Below, piece after piece: positions 56,816-64,000 of a stretch of DNA of 64,000 nucleotides. Each line of letters begins with the position of its first letter. The first letter of the stretch is position 1. The DNA comes from a bacterium (lineage in GTDB: Bacteria; Patescibacteriota; Minisyncoccia; Phycocordibacterales; CAIZLB01): NCBI GenBank assembly GCA_031411135.1, contig JANOAN010000013.1:152424-216423 (forward strand), read 5' to 3'. A program made the translations under genes and the position numbers. Under the pieces are notes generated by a model, which was given only the letters and a program-made list of their open reading frames with translations, did not search any database and was not told the DNA's origin.

Positions 56816-57208
56816 ATGAAGAAGGATTTTCCTATGTGGTTCGAATTAAAACAAAAACTTGATTCTAAAGATCCACATCCACCGTATTTTAATGAGGGAG
56901 AAGTGTGGTGGTGTAGTGTAGGGGCTAATATTGGAACAGAAGTAAATGGAAAAAGTGAACTTTTTACTCGGCCTGTTATTATTCTAAGAAAGTTATCAAT
57001 TGATTCATTTATTGGAATACCCATGACTAGTAAAATTAAAGTTGGAAGTTGGTATGTATCAATTACATTAAATGGAAGTTCGAGTACAGCTAATCTGGCT
57101 CAAATAAAAACCTTCAGCTATAGAAGACTTTCTACTAAGTACGGGCAACTAGATATGGACTCTTTCTTGTATATTAAAGCTGGATTAAAAGAATTATTGA
57201 ATCTTTAG
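56816..57208 (+). CDS. MazF/PemK-family type II toxin (endoribonuclease), intact paralog
   Basis: 130 aa. GEVWWCSVGANIGTEVNGK...RPVIILRKL is a PemK/MazF signature. No cognate antitoxin ORF was recognised upstream. Confidence 0.65.
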   Translation: MKKDFPMWFELKQKLDSKDPHPPYFNEGEVWWCSVGANIGTEVNGKSELFTRPVIILRKLSIDSFIGIPMTSKIKVGSWYVSITLNGSSSTANLAQIKTFSYRRLSTKYGQLDMDSFLYIKAGLKELLNL

Positions 57209-57519
57209 GTAAAAATATTCCCCGCCCCTTGTGGGGGCGGGGCCGTGGGAAGTCCCAAAAATGCTATAGGCTAATCAATGATTAAGCTATAGCTTGGTAC
57301 AAGTATAGAAAATCGATATGAAATGTCAATAAAGAAAAGATGAATGAAAATTCATATATTTGCACAAACTTTAAAATTAAGTTAACCTTAATCCCGTGAT
57401 ACAACTTACTAACTCATTCTTTAGTTTCTGGAATCAATCGGCAAACCGAAGAGCGAATTAGCATTGCAAAAACCTTTTAAAGAAACCGCTAATCCTCTCC
57501 GGACCGGCGGTTTTTTTAT

Positions 57520-58398
57520 TTGAGGTATCACAAAACAACAACCAACCACATGAAAAAACACAAAATCACATTCCTCGGCCCCATCGGGGCAACCTTCTCG
57601 CATGATGCATATACTGCATTAGCGGAAATCTACGGCGCTCCTGCGGTAAGTGAAGAAAACTACGTTGAAGCAAAAAATAACGGAGAAGTTTTACGACTGA
57701 TCGCACAACACGGCGGTTACGGAGCAATTGCCATGGAAACACTGAAGGAAGGTAGGGTGCCAGAACCAGTGGAGGCATTCATCGAGCTATTAAAGTCTGA
57801 TGAGTGCACGTTTCACATCGTCGGCGCGATACAGATGAAACTTCACTTCTGCCTCATGGCAAGGGAAGGTGCTGAGATCACAGCGGTGATTGCTCATCGG
57901 AGGGCTCTGGGAGCTTGCAGGGTAAAAATTACGCTTCCTACAATAGTTGCTGAGAGTAATGGCGAAGCGGCGCGACTTGTAGCTACAAGCGAAGAAAACA
58001 AAGACTATGCAGCGCTTGGGCCTCGTTCAGCGGCTCTGAAATATGGTTTGAAAATTCTAGATGAAGCTTTCGAAGAAGAAGCGGCTTTCACCACCTTCTT
58101 TTTGATTGCACCGAAGGATCACAAAATTGCGCTAGGAAAGAAAAATCGTGCACTGATTGTGTACAAAGTGCCACATAAACCGGGAGCTCTCGTTGACTCG
58201 CTCATTCCGTTCAAGACGGAAGGTTTGGACTTGATACAGATACATTCGGTGTACATCGCAGATGGTGTGTATCATTTCGCAATTGAGGTGGAGGTAAAGG
58301 AAAATGAAATGGATGCGTGGCAGAGAGCAATGGAGGTTTTCCAAGGTTGTGTTGAAAAACATTTTACTTTCGGTCCTTTTGAAGTTCTTTTGAGGTGA
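57520..58398 (+). CDS. pheA: prephenate dehydratase (PDT + ACT domains)
   Basis: KITFLGPIGATFSHDAY PDT start and C-terminal ACT-like region. Likely true start is ATG at 57550. A terminator-like hairpin lies about 30 nt upstream. Confidence 0.75.
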   Translation: MRYHKTTTNHMKKHKITFLGPIGATFSHDAYTALAEIYGAPAVSEENYVEAKNNGEVLRLIAQHGGYGAIAMETLKEGRVPEPVEAFIELLKSDECTFHIVGAIQMKLHFCLMAREGAEITAVIAHRRALGACRVKITLPTIVAESNGEAARLVATSEENKDYAALGPRSAALKYGLKILDEAFEEEAAFTTFFLIAPKDHKIALGKKNRALIVYKVPHKPGALVDSLIPFKTEGLDLIQIHSVYIADGVYHFAIEVEVKENEMDAWQRAMEVFQGCVEKHFTFGPFEVLLR

Positions 58399-58403
58399 CA
58401 GCA

Positions 58404-58444
58404 GGGGCTCGCGATGCAAGTCGCGGGCCCTTTCTTTATTTTAT
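58404..58444. terminator. bidirectional terminator between convergent pheA and downstream gene
   Basis: gggctcgcga-tgcaag-tcgcgggccc followed by tttctttatttt. Confidence 0.7.
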
Positions 58445-59149
58445 CGTCCCAATTGCAGTATATATTTTATATTTTGATGCGAAAGCATCTTCAAAAACCA
58501 TTGATTCAGTAATATCTAGATACTTATTGAGATAGTCTCGAACCTCAGTTTCACTTAAAAACACTAAGTGGTGTGATGGAATTTTTTCTCCTATAGGTAA
58601 ACTTAAAATCAAACGACTTCCTTTAAGTCTTCCTATTTCATTCCAAAATATTTCTGGATGTTCAAAATGTTCTATTGTCTCAAAAGCAGTGAAAAGTTTA
58701 TTCTTTGTAGATAAATATTTATTTATCTCCCTCCAAGTAGTTGGATTATTTACATCTCCTGTTACAAAATCTGCGCTATTTCCACAATGTTCAAGGATAA
58801 TCTCTGCAACTTGCTTTGAAGTTTCATTAATATCTACATATAAAAGCTTTGGCATCTGACCAATTTTATCTATATTATTCAAATAAATAGGCAGGTACGG
58901 GACACTAAATCCAATATCAATAATTTGATCGAATTTACAATAATCTCTCCATAGATAAAAAAATCTATGGTTCCAAAAATTTTCTCTTAAGAAGTTATCA
59001 AGATGAACCAGTCTTACTTTAATATCCTCATACACCTCATTACCGTAGGCTCCATAATCTCCATTGTAATAATCCGAAAATTTTTTAAAATCTTCCCACG
59101 ATATACCGACCCTTGAAGACACAACCTCAAACAATTTATCTTTTTTCAT
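58436..59149 (-). CDS. hypothetical protein (possible class I SAM-dependent methyltransferase-like)
   Basis: 237 aa. Weak motif-I-like IIDIGFS. No firm assignment. Confidence 0.3.
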   Translation of the reverse strand: MKKDKLFEVVSSRVGISWEDFKKFSDYYNGDYGAYGNEVYEDIKVRLVHLDNFLRENFWNHRFFYLWRDYCKFDQIIDIGFSVPYLPIYLNNIDKIGQMPKLLYVDINETSKQVAEIILEHCGNSADFVTGDVNNPTTWREINKYLSTKNKLFTAFETIEHFEHPEIFWNEIGRLKGSRLILSLPIGEKIPSHHLVFLSETEVRDYLNKYLDITESMVFEDAFASKYKIYTAIGTIK

Positions 59150-59173
59150 AGTAAGTATCCAAGACCTCTCTAC

Positions 59174-59247
59174 GTGGTGCAGGATAAGGGAATCGAACCC
59201 TTGTCTACTGCTTGGAAGGCAGTCATTCTACCACTAAACCAATCCTG
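59174..59247 (-). tRNA. tRNA-Gly (anticodon UCC), CCA encoded
   Basis: GCAGGAT...ACTGC-CTTCCAA-GCAGT...AAGGG-TTCGATT-CCCTT-ATCCTGC-ACCA cloverleaf. Confidence 0.85.
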
Positions 59248-59288
59248 CATGTGAACAATATAGCAGAGAGTTCCCTTTTATACAATTT

Positions 59289-59636
59289 CTACCTTTTAAG
59301 CTTCCAGCTCTCTATTTTCTCTTTAGCAAACTCCTTGGCTACATTTGCCACCGCCTCTATATCATCATCTTTCTGAATCTTATTGTTTTTCTCCGCTGCG
59401 CACTTTACACACTTGTGAACTATCTGCATCTTATCAATCCCAGTCCCCTCTACCCTGACAGGTTTCATAAGAGCACAGCATTCATTTGCACGGTCCCCAG
59501 GTGAAACATCTACATGCTTACTATAAAGACACTGCGGGCAGTGGTTGGTGAAACCTGTCCCTTTAACCTCCTTTCGGCACTTTTCACAAGTAAAATCCTC
59601 CTTGTTTTTGATAAACTTTTTCATTGATATTGCCAA
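59289..59636 (-). CDS. RNHCP domain-containing Cys-rich protein
   Basis: TNHCPQCL plus additional CxxC pairs. 115 aa. Confidence 0.6.
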   Translation of the reverse strand: MAISMKKFIKNKEDFTCEKCRKEVKGTGFTNHCPQCLYSKHVDVSPGDRANECCALMKPVRVEGTGIDKMQIVHKCVKCAAEKNNKIQKDDDIEAVANVAKEFAKEKIESWKLKR

Positions 59637-59651
59637 TATAGCACAAAGTGG

Positions 59652-60206
59652 CTAATCTGCACGAAATCCCATAGGGCCCTTAGGGGCCTCTTTTTCTGTG
59701 ATAAGCAGCCTAATAGACCTGAATATTTCACTAAAATTGACCTCATTGTTCTTTTCCATCTCTTCGACCTTCTCACGAAGTTCCTTATATGCATCGATCA
59801 TCTCACGAAGTTTGGTGAAAATTCGGATGATTTGGATGTTGACTTGGATGGCACGTTTACTGTTTAGAACACTTGAAAGCATTGCGATACCTTGCTCGGT
59901 GAAGGCTAATGGTGGCTTTCTAAGGCTCTGTTTAAGCGTATAATTGGATGTACCAAATTGGTACATCCAATTCTTAACTTCATCCTTAGTAAGTTCAAAC
60001 ATAAAATCTTCAGGAAATCTATCGAGGTTTCTTCGTACTGCTCTATTCAGATGTCGAGTATCAACCTCGTATAATACAGCTAGATCTCTATCTATCATCA
60101 CTTTTTTACCCCTAATAATGTAGATCCTTTCCTTTATAATTTCGGGATTTAGAGAGGTTTCGGTGATTATGTTTTCGTTCATATCAACTATGGTACAGTC
60201 ACGCAT
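59652..60206 (-). CDS. ORF6N-domain DNA-binding protein (phage antirepressor-like)
   Basis: IIRGKKVMIDRDLAVLYEVDTRHLNRAVRRNLDRFPEDFMFELT is a typical ORF6N/KilA-N-like N-terminus. Confidence 0.6.
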   Translation of the reverse strand: MRDCTIVDMNENIITETSLNPEIIKERIYIIRGKKVMIDRDLAVLYEVDTRHLNRAVRRNLDRFPEDFMFELTKDEVKNWMYQFGTSNYTLKQSLRKPPLAFTEQGIAMLSSVLNSKRAIQVNIQIIRIFTKLREMIDAYKELREKVEEMEKNNEVNFSEIFRSIRLLITEKEAPKGPMGFRAD

Positions 60207-60240
60207 GAAGAGAAACTAAAGAAGTATTAAAATCACCGTA

Positions 60241-60331
60241 ACTTGAAGTCGCAAATTGCGACTTCAAGTTGTATATGGGTTCAAGGTCACAAATTGTGAC
60301 CTTGAACTTAGAAGTTGCACTTTGGAACTTC
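60241..60331. repeat. three consecutive palindromic hairpins (two related 13-bp perfect palindromes)
   Basis: acttgaagtcgca-aat-tgcgacttcaagt. gttcaaggtcaca-aat-tgtgaccttgaac. gaagtt-gcactttgg-aacttc. Confidence 0.6.
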
Positions 60332-60359
60332 CAATTCTCCAAAAAATTGTCGGGGTGCA

Positions 60360-60432
60360 GGGATTCGAACCCTGAGTCGCCTGTTCCCAAAACAGGAATG
60401 TTAACCGTTACACTACACCCCGATTCGTTGAA
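60360..60432 (-). tRNA. tRNA-Pro (anticodon UGG)
   Basis: CGGGGTG...CCTGT-TTTGGGA-ACAGG...CAGGG-TTCGAAT-CCCTG-CACCCCG-A. No encoded CCA. Confidence 0.8.
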
Positions 60433-60456
60433 TCCTAACACAGTTATCCTTATATC

Positions 60457-60927
60457 TCAATCTATTAAAGTATTTTGATAGCAGCCAAAGACCTCCCTAT
60501 CTATATTTTCCATATAAGTAGCCAAAATTCTCATCTTTCCCTCAGTGAAACATTGTTTCAAGTCGTCTAACGTCGAAACATCTCTTATGTTGTCAGGAAC
60601 AATTTGTAGGAAATAAGCGTCAAACTGCCTCTTTACGTAAGAATACTGACCAACTTCCTTCCTTGAGAACCATTGGGCACACTTTATAATCTTGGACATC
60701 TTGTGTCGTGTTAAGCCAATGTTTTGAAGATCTGTTTCATCTTTGGCCTTTTTAACCAATCTGGTTTTGACCTCGTTAAAGTACAAAGTACCATCCTTTG
60801 TAGAAACAACGTCTATCTCCCCTTCCCATTTTTTATACCTAGTCCTTAAAATTTTATGACCTTTAGACTCTAGTCTTTTAGCGACCAGTAGTTCACCGAA
60901 GTCTCCCAATATTTTTGTACTTATCAT
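60457..60927 (-). CDS. YraN family (UPF0102) endonuclease-like protein with C-terminal extension
   Basis: GELLVAKRLESKGHKIL...GEIDVV N-terminal YraN signature. Confidence 0.65.
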   Translation of the reverse strand: MISTKILGDFGELLVAKRLESKGHKILRTRYKKWEGEIDVVSTKDGTLYFNEVKTRLVKKAKDETDLQNIGLTRHKMSKIIKCAQWFSRKEVGQYSYVKRQFDAYFLQIVPDNIRDVSTLDDLKQCFTEGKMRILATYMENIDREVFGCYQNTLID

Positions 60928-61190
60928 CTCAAAATTCTACTTTTATCAAGACAAATAAAGCTTAAATTAAAATGAAGGATTCTTAAGCTATTTATGTTTC
61001 ACGTGCCACATAGCAAATCGTATTTTTACTATTATACGTTGACAAATAAGGCTATAATGTCAAAAAGACCATATTTCTTATGTCTTTTAAACCTTGTCTT
61101 TTATACACATATCCCCTTAGTTATCCACAGTTTTGCCCCTTTTGGCAATACCTATTTCCATGAAACCCTTATCATCTAAAGCTAAAAAAT

Positions 61191-61264
61191 TGGTGCAGGT
61201 AGAGAGAATCGAACTCTCGTCTCGTCCTTGGCAAGGACGCATTCTACCACTAAACCATACCTGC
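61191..61264 (-). tRNA. tRNA-Gly (anticodon GCC), CCA encoded
   Basis: GCAGGTA...CGTCC-TTGCCAA-GGACG...GAGAG-TTCGATT-CTCTC-TACCTGC-ACCA. Confidence 0.85.
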
Positions 61265-61282
61265 TTATTGTCCCTTATCCTA

Positions 61283-61358
61283 TTGGTGCGCTCGGCAGGA
61301 TTCGAACCTGCAATCCCTTGGTCCGAAGCCAAGTGCTCTATCCATTGAGCCACGAGCG
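61283..61358 (-). tRNA. tRNA-Arg (anticodon UCG), CCA encoded
   Basis: GCGCTCG...CTTGG-CTTCGGA-CCAAG...GCAGG-TTCGAAT-CCTGC-CGAGCGC-ACCA. Confidence 0.7.
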
Positions 61359-61416
61359 CATAAAAACAATCATACATTAAATTGATAAAAAAACAAAAAG
61401 ATACTAGTATTCATGG

Positions 61417-62877
61417 GTGAAGATAGATACAACTAAAATTCCACAGGAAATCAAAGATGTTTCTGCAAAATTAATTGCGGGAGGTTTTGAAGCGTATATT
61501 GTTGGTGGATGCGTCCGAGATCTTGTCATTGGTAGAATTCCAAAAGACTGGGATCTCACGACCAACGCCACACCCGAGCAAATGATTCCCCTCTTTGAGA
61601 AAACTTTTTATGAAAACGACTTTGGAACAGTCGGTGTGGTAATTTCTGAAGACAGAACAGTTGAAGTAACCCCTTATCGCTTAGAATCGGCCTATAGCGA
61701 CAACAGACATCCTGACAAGGTGACTTTCAGCGATAAACTTGAAGATGACCTTAAACGTCGAGATTTTACGATTAACGCGCTGGCAGCGGATGTGATTAAA
61801 GGTGAAGTTGTAGATAATTTTGATGGACTTAAAGATATTGAATCAAAAACAATCCGCGCTGTAGGAAATCCTGATAAACGTTTTACAGAAGATGCCCTAC
61901 GACTAATCAGAGCGATCCGTTTTTCAGCAGAGCTTGGTTTTACTATCGAACACGAAACGCAGAATTCGATTATTAAACATTCAGACTACATCAGAAATAT
62001 TTCTATTGAACGCATTCGAGATGAGCTTACTAAAATAATTGCATCTGATAACCCGATGATGGGTTTTGTATTTCTTGAGAAGCTTGGATTGCTAAAGCAT
62101 TTTCTCCCGGAAATTTCTACTGCAGTTGGTGTAACTCAAAACCAAGCGCATTCATTCGATGTGTTTGAACATTTATTGCGAAGCCTTCAGTGTGCAGCGG
62201 ATAAAAAATACCCTTTTTACGTTCGTGTTGCTGCCCTTTTCCATGATATTGGAAAGCCTGCAAGTAAACGCAACATTAAAGGCGGAAAGGATTGTACATT
62301 TTACGGACATGAAGTTGTCGGAGCAAAAATGACAGCGGAAATTCTAAAGAGAATGAAGTTTACAAATGAAAATATTAAACTTGTTGTTAGTTTAGTTAGA
62401 TGGCATATGTTTTTCTCCGACACGGAACAGATTTCCCTTTCGGCGGTACGAAGAATTATTCGAAACGTTGGACCGGATCATATTTGGGATTTGGTTAACC
62501 TTAGAATCTGCGATCGTATTGGAACAGGGCGGCCAAAGGAGGATCCTTATAGATTAAGGAAGTACATGTCGATGATTGAAGAAATATTACGAGAACCTGT
62601 GTCTGTTTCAAAATTAAAAATTGGAGGAAATGAACTTATGAAGCTTGCTGATTTGAAACCGGGACCAAAAATCGGTTTTATTTTGAATATTTTGTTGGAG
62701 GAAGTAATTGATGATCAGGGAAAAAATACAGAAGAGAATTTGAAAAATAGAGCTCTTGAATTAAACAAACTTAGTTTGGAGGATTTAAAGTTGATGAATG
62801 CGAGAGCACTACAGGCAAAAGAAAATGCGGAGAGTTTGGAGATACAGGAGTTGCGGGATAAGCATAGGGTGAATTAA
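61417..62877 (+). CDS. cca: CCA-adding tRNA nucleotidyltransferase with HD domain
   Basis: GGCVRDL...D head-domain motif and LFHDIGKP HD motif. 486 aa. Confidence 0.85.
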   Translation: MKIDTTKIPQEIKDVSAKLIAGGFEAYIVGGCVRDLVIGRIPKDWDLTTNATPEQMIPLFEKTFYENDFGTVGVVISEDRTVEVTPYRLESAYSDNRHPDKVTFSDKLEDDLKRRDFTINALAADVIKGEVVDNFDGLKDIESKTIRAVGNPDKRFTEDALRLIRAIRFSAELGFTIEHETQNSIIKHSDYIRNISIERIRDELTKIIASDNPMMGFVFLEKLGLLKHFLPEISTAVGVTQNQAHSFDVFEHLLRSLQCAADKKYPFYVRVAALFHDIGKPASKRNIKGGKDCTFYGHEVVGAKMTAEILKRMKFTNENIKLVVSLVRWHMFFSDTEQISLSAVRRIIRNVGPDHIWDLVNLRICDRIGTGRPKEDPYRLRKYMSMIEEILREPVSVSKLKIGGNELMKLADLKPGPKIGFILNILLEEVIDDQGKNTEENLKNRALELNKLSLEDLKLMNARALQAKENAESLEIQELRDKHRVN

Positions 62878-62881
62878 GTAT

Positions 62882-63343
62882 TTACTTAATTGTTTCAAGA
62901 TATAGATCTAAAACTTTTTTTGTATGTTTCGATAAGTTAGTTGGCAGATTAGAAATATTAAACCATTGCCCTTTTTTAATTTCCACCTGATTAAAATCAA
63001 TTTCTCTAGAATCAGTTTTAATTTCAAAAACTTGGATATTATCGTGGTGATATGAATGGTACACCTCAACACTACCGATATTTTTTAATTCTATTGTATC
63101 AATTTTTAATTCCTCTTCTGTTTCTCTCTTTGCTGCCTCGAAAGAGTTCTCCTTTTCTTTAATACCACCACCGGGTAAATCCCATAGTCCTCTATGCATA
63201 TATGTATGTTGTATCAACAGCAAATCATTATTATTTCTCAATAGAATTTGTACTCCAAAGGTCTTAGGGCGAAAAATAAACCACTTAATGTAGTAACCAG
63301 CATAACCAATCTTATACATAAGCTTTCCGAGCAATATTTTCAT
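62882..63343 (-). CDS. NUDIX hydrolase
   Basis: GGGIKEKENSFEAAKRETEEELKI Nudix box. Confidence 0.85.
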   Translation of the reverse strand: MKILLGKLMYKIGYAGYYIKWFIFRPKTFGVQILLRNNNDLLLIQHTYMHRGLWDLPGGGIKEKENSFEAAKRETEEELKIDTIELKNIGSVEVYHSYHHDNIQVFEIKTDSREIDFNQVEIKKGQWFNISNLPTNLSKHTKKVLDLYLETIK

Positions 63344-63365
63344 TTCTAAATATTACCACCCAAAA

Positions 63366-63400
63366 CAAAAACCGCCAGTGGGAAGATGTGGCGGTTTTTT
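63366..63400. terminator. bidirectional intrinsic terminator
   Basis: aaccgcca-gtgggaagatg-tggcggtt flanked by A- and T-runs. Confidence 0.6.
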
Positions 63401-64000
63401 AGACCACCACGAAAACGTGATGATCCCCATGTTGTACTTCAAGTGTGAAGTAACAATTTTTGATTGTAGAAAGAACATTTTTGGGATTAGACCCTGTTGT
63501 GTACTCACGGAATGGACTCCGTGATCGTTGCGGTTTTGGAGAATCGACGCACGATTTTGGCATAAGAACGAACATTTATAAGCAAATGCAATATTGTGTT
63601 TCGCCTGCCGAAATTGTCGACTGTCTGTTGCTGCTTCGATGACACCAAGTTCGACGCCCTCCATGACACTGATCTGAATCTGTGTCGGTACTGAAAGATC
63701 TCTAACTGCTTAACTAACGAACTAACTAAATGAAACGAATCGAATTGATTGGAAATCAACTCGCAAGGAAACAAAGAACTACTGGTAACTTAATTCTATT
63801 AACGGTCCGCTAGGTGCACCGTTAAATTGAATTTTCGAATTCGAAACTGAAACTGACTACTAACCAAAACAAATGATCTAATTGCGCGAATCTGTTTTGC
63901 CGCCATCTGATAAACATTATAGTCCTATATAAATTATTTGTATAGGACACTATGTGTGGATAAGTGTCTTTTATTTAAATTATGTCCTTTATATAGGACA

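Noticed and set aside
63353-63774. Two overlapping minus-strand ORFs (103 and 89 aa) at the window end
   Set aside because: They overlap a terminator hairpin, with no motifs or start signals. The region is likely noncoding.
63948-63956. Perfect DnaA box TGTGGATAA as evidence of oriC
   Set aside because: A single 9-mer is expected by chance about 0.5 times in 128 kb of two-strand sequence. No dnaA/dnaN genes or box cluster are present.
1-64000. CRISPR arrays, integrases/transposases, rRNA genes
   Set aside because: No direct-repeat/spacer arrays, no tyrosine or serine recombinase or transposase motifs, and no 16S or 23S signatures were seen. The T4SS-type ATPase module has no associated integrase, so it is not called a mobile element.

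Overview
This is a low-GC chromosomal segment with the hallmarks of a Candidate Phyla Radiation (Patescibacteria-like) genome. It reads as standard code 11, and UGA is clearly a stop in every ribosomal-protein gene. The core of the window is a long minus-strand ribosomal superoperon: str (rpsL-rpsG-fusA, then tuf), the S10 operon (rpsJ-rplC-rplD-rplW-rplB-rpsS-rplV-rpsC-rplP-rpmC-rpsQ), the spc operon (rplN-rplX-rplE-rpsZ-rpsH-rplF-rplR-rpsE-rplO-secY) and adk-map. rpmD (L30) is absent, which is typical of CPR. Other housekeeping genes are ndk, rpmB, pgk, tpiA, nusA, ppa, tig, rsmE, clpP, rny, hup, pheA, cca, recJ, four tRNAs and a type IV pilus cluster (pilB, pilC, pilin, minor pilins). The most striking accessory feature is a complete diversity-generating retroelement (DGR) at about 32.8-35.4 kb. 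It has a DGR-type reverse transcriptase (YADD motif; LGNLTSQ in place of QGxxxSP), an Avd accessory protein, and a 128-nt template repeat whose 21 differences from the variable repeat all fall at TR adenines. The target gene is small and GC-rich with a C-type-lectin-like variable C-terminus, and an RNase HI with a hybrid-binding domain plus an HTH-Fic protein sit in the same operon. Other notable loci are a radical-SAM enzyme with a downstream 42-aa repeat peptide (RiPP-like), two MazF/PemK paralogs (one inactivated by an in-frame TGA), and several GC-rich islands, including a 1.1-kb insert between fusA and tuf. There is also a repeated palindromic TTGWCAATGGGYGAC motif in two promoter regions, a tRNA-like minihelix with a G3:U70 pair upstream of nusA, and several terminator-before-start leader arrangements. 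No CRISPR array was seen.
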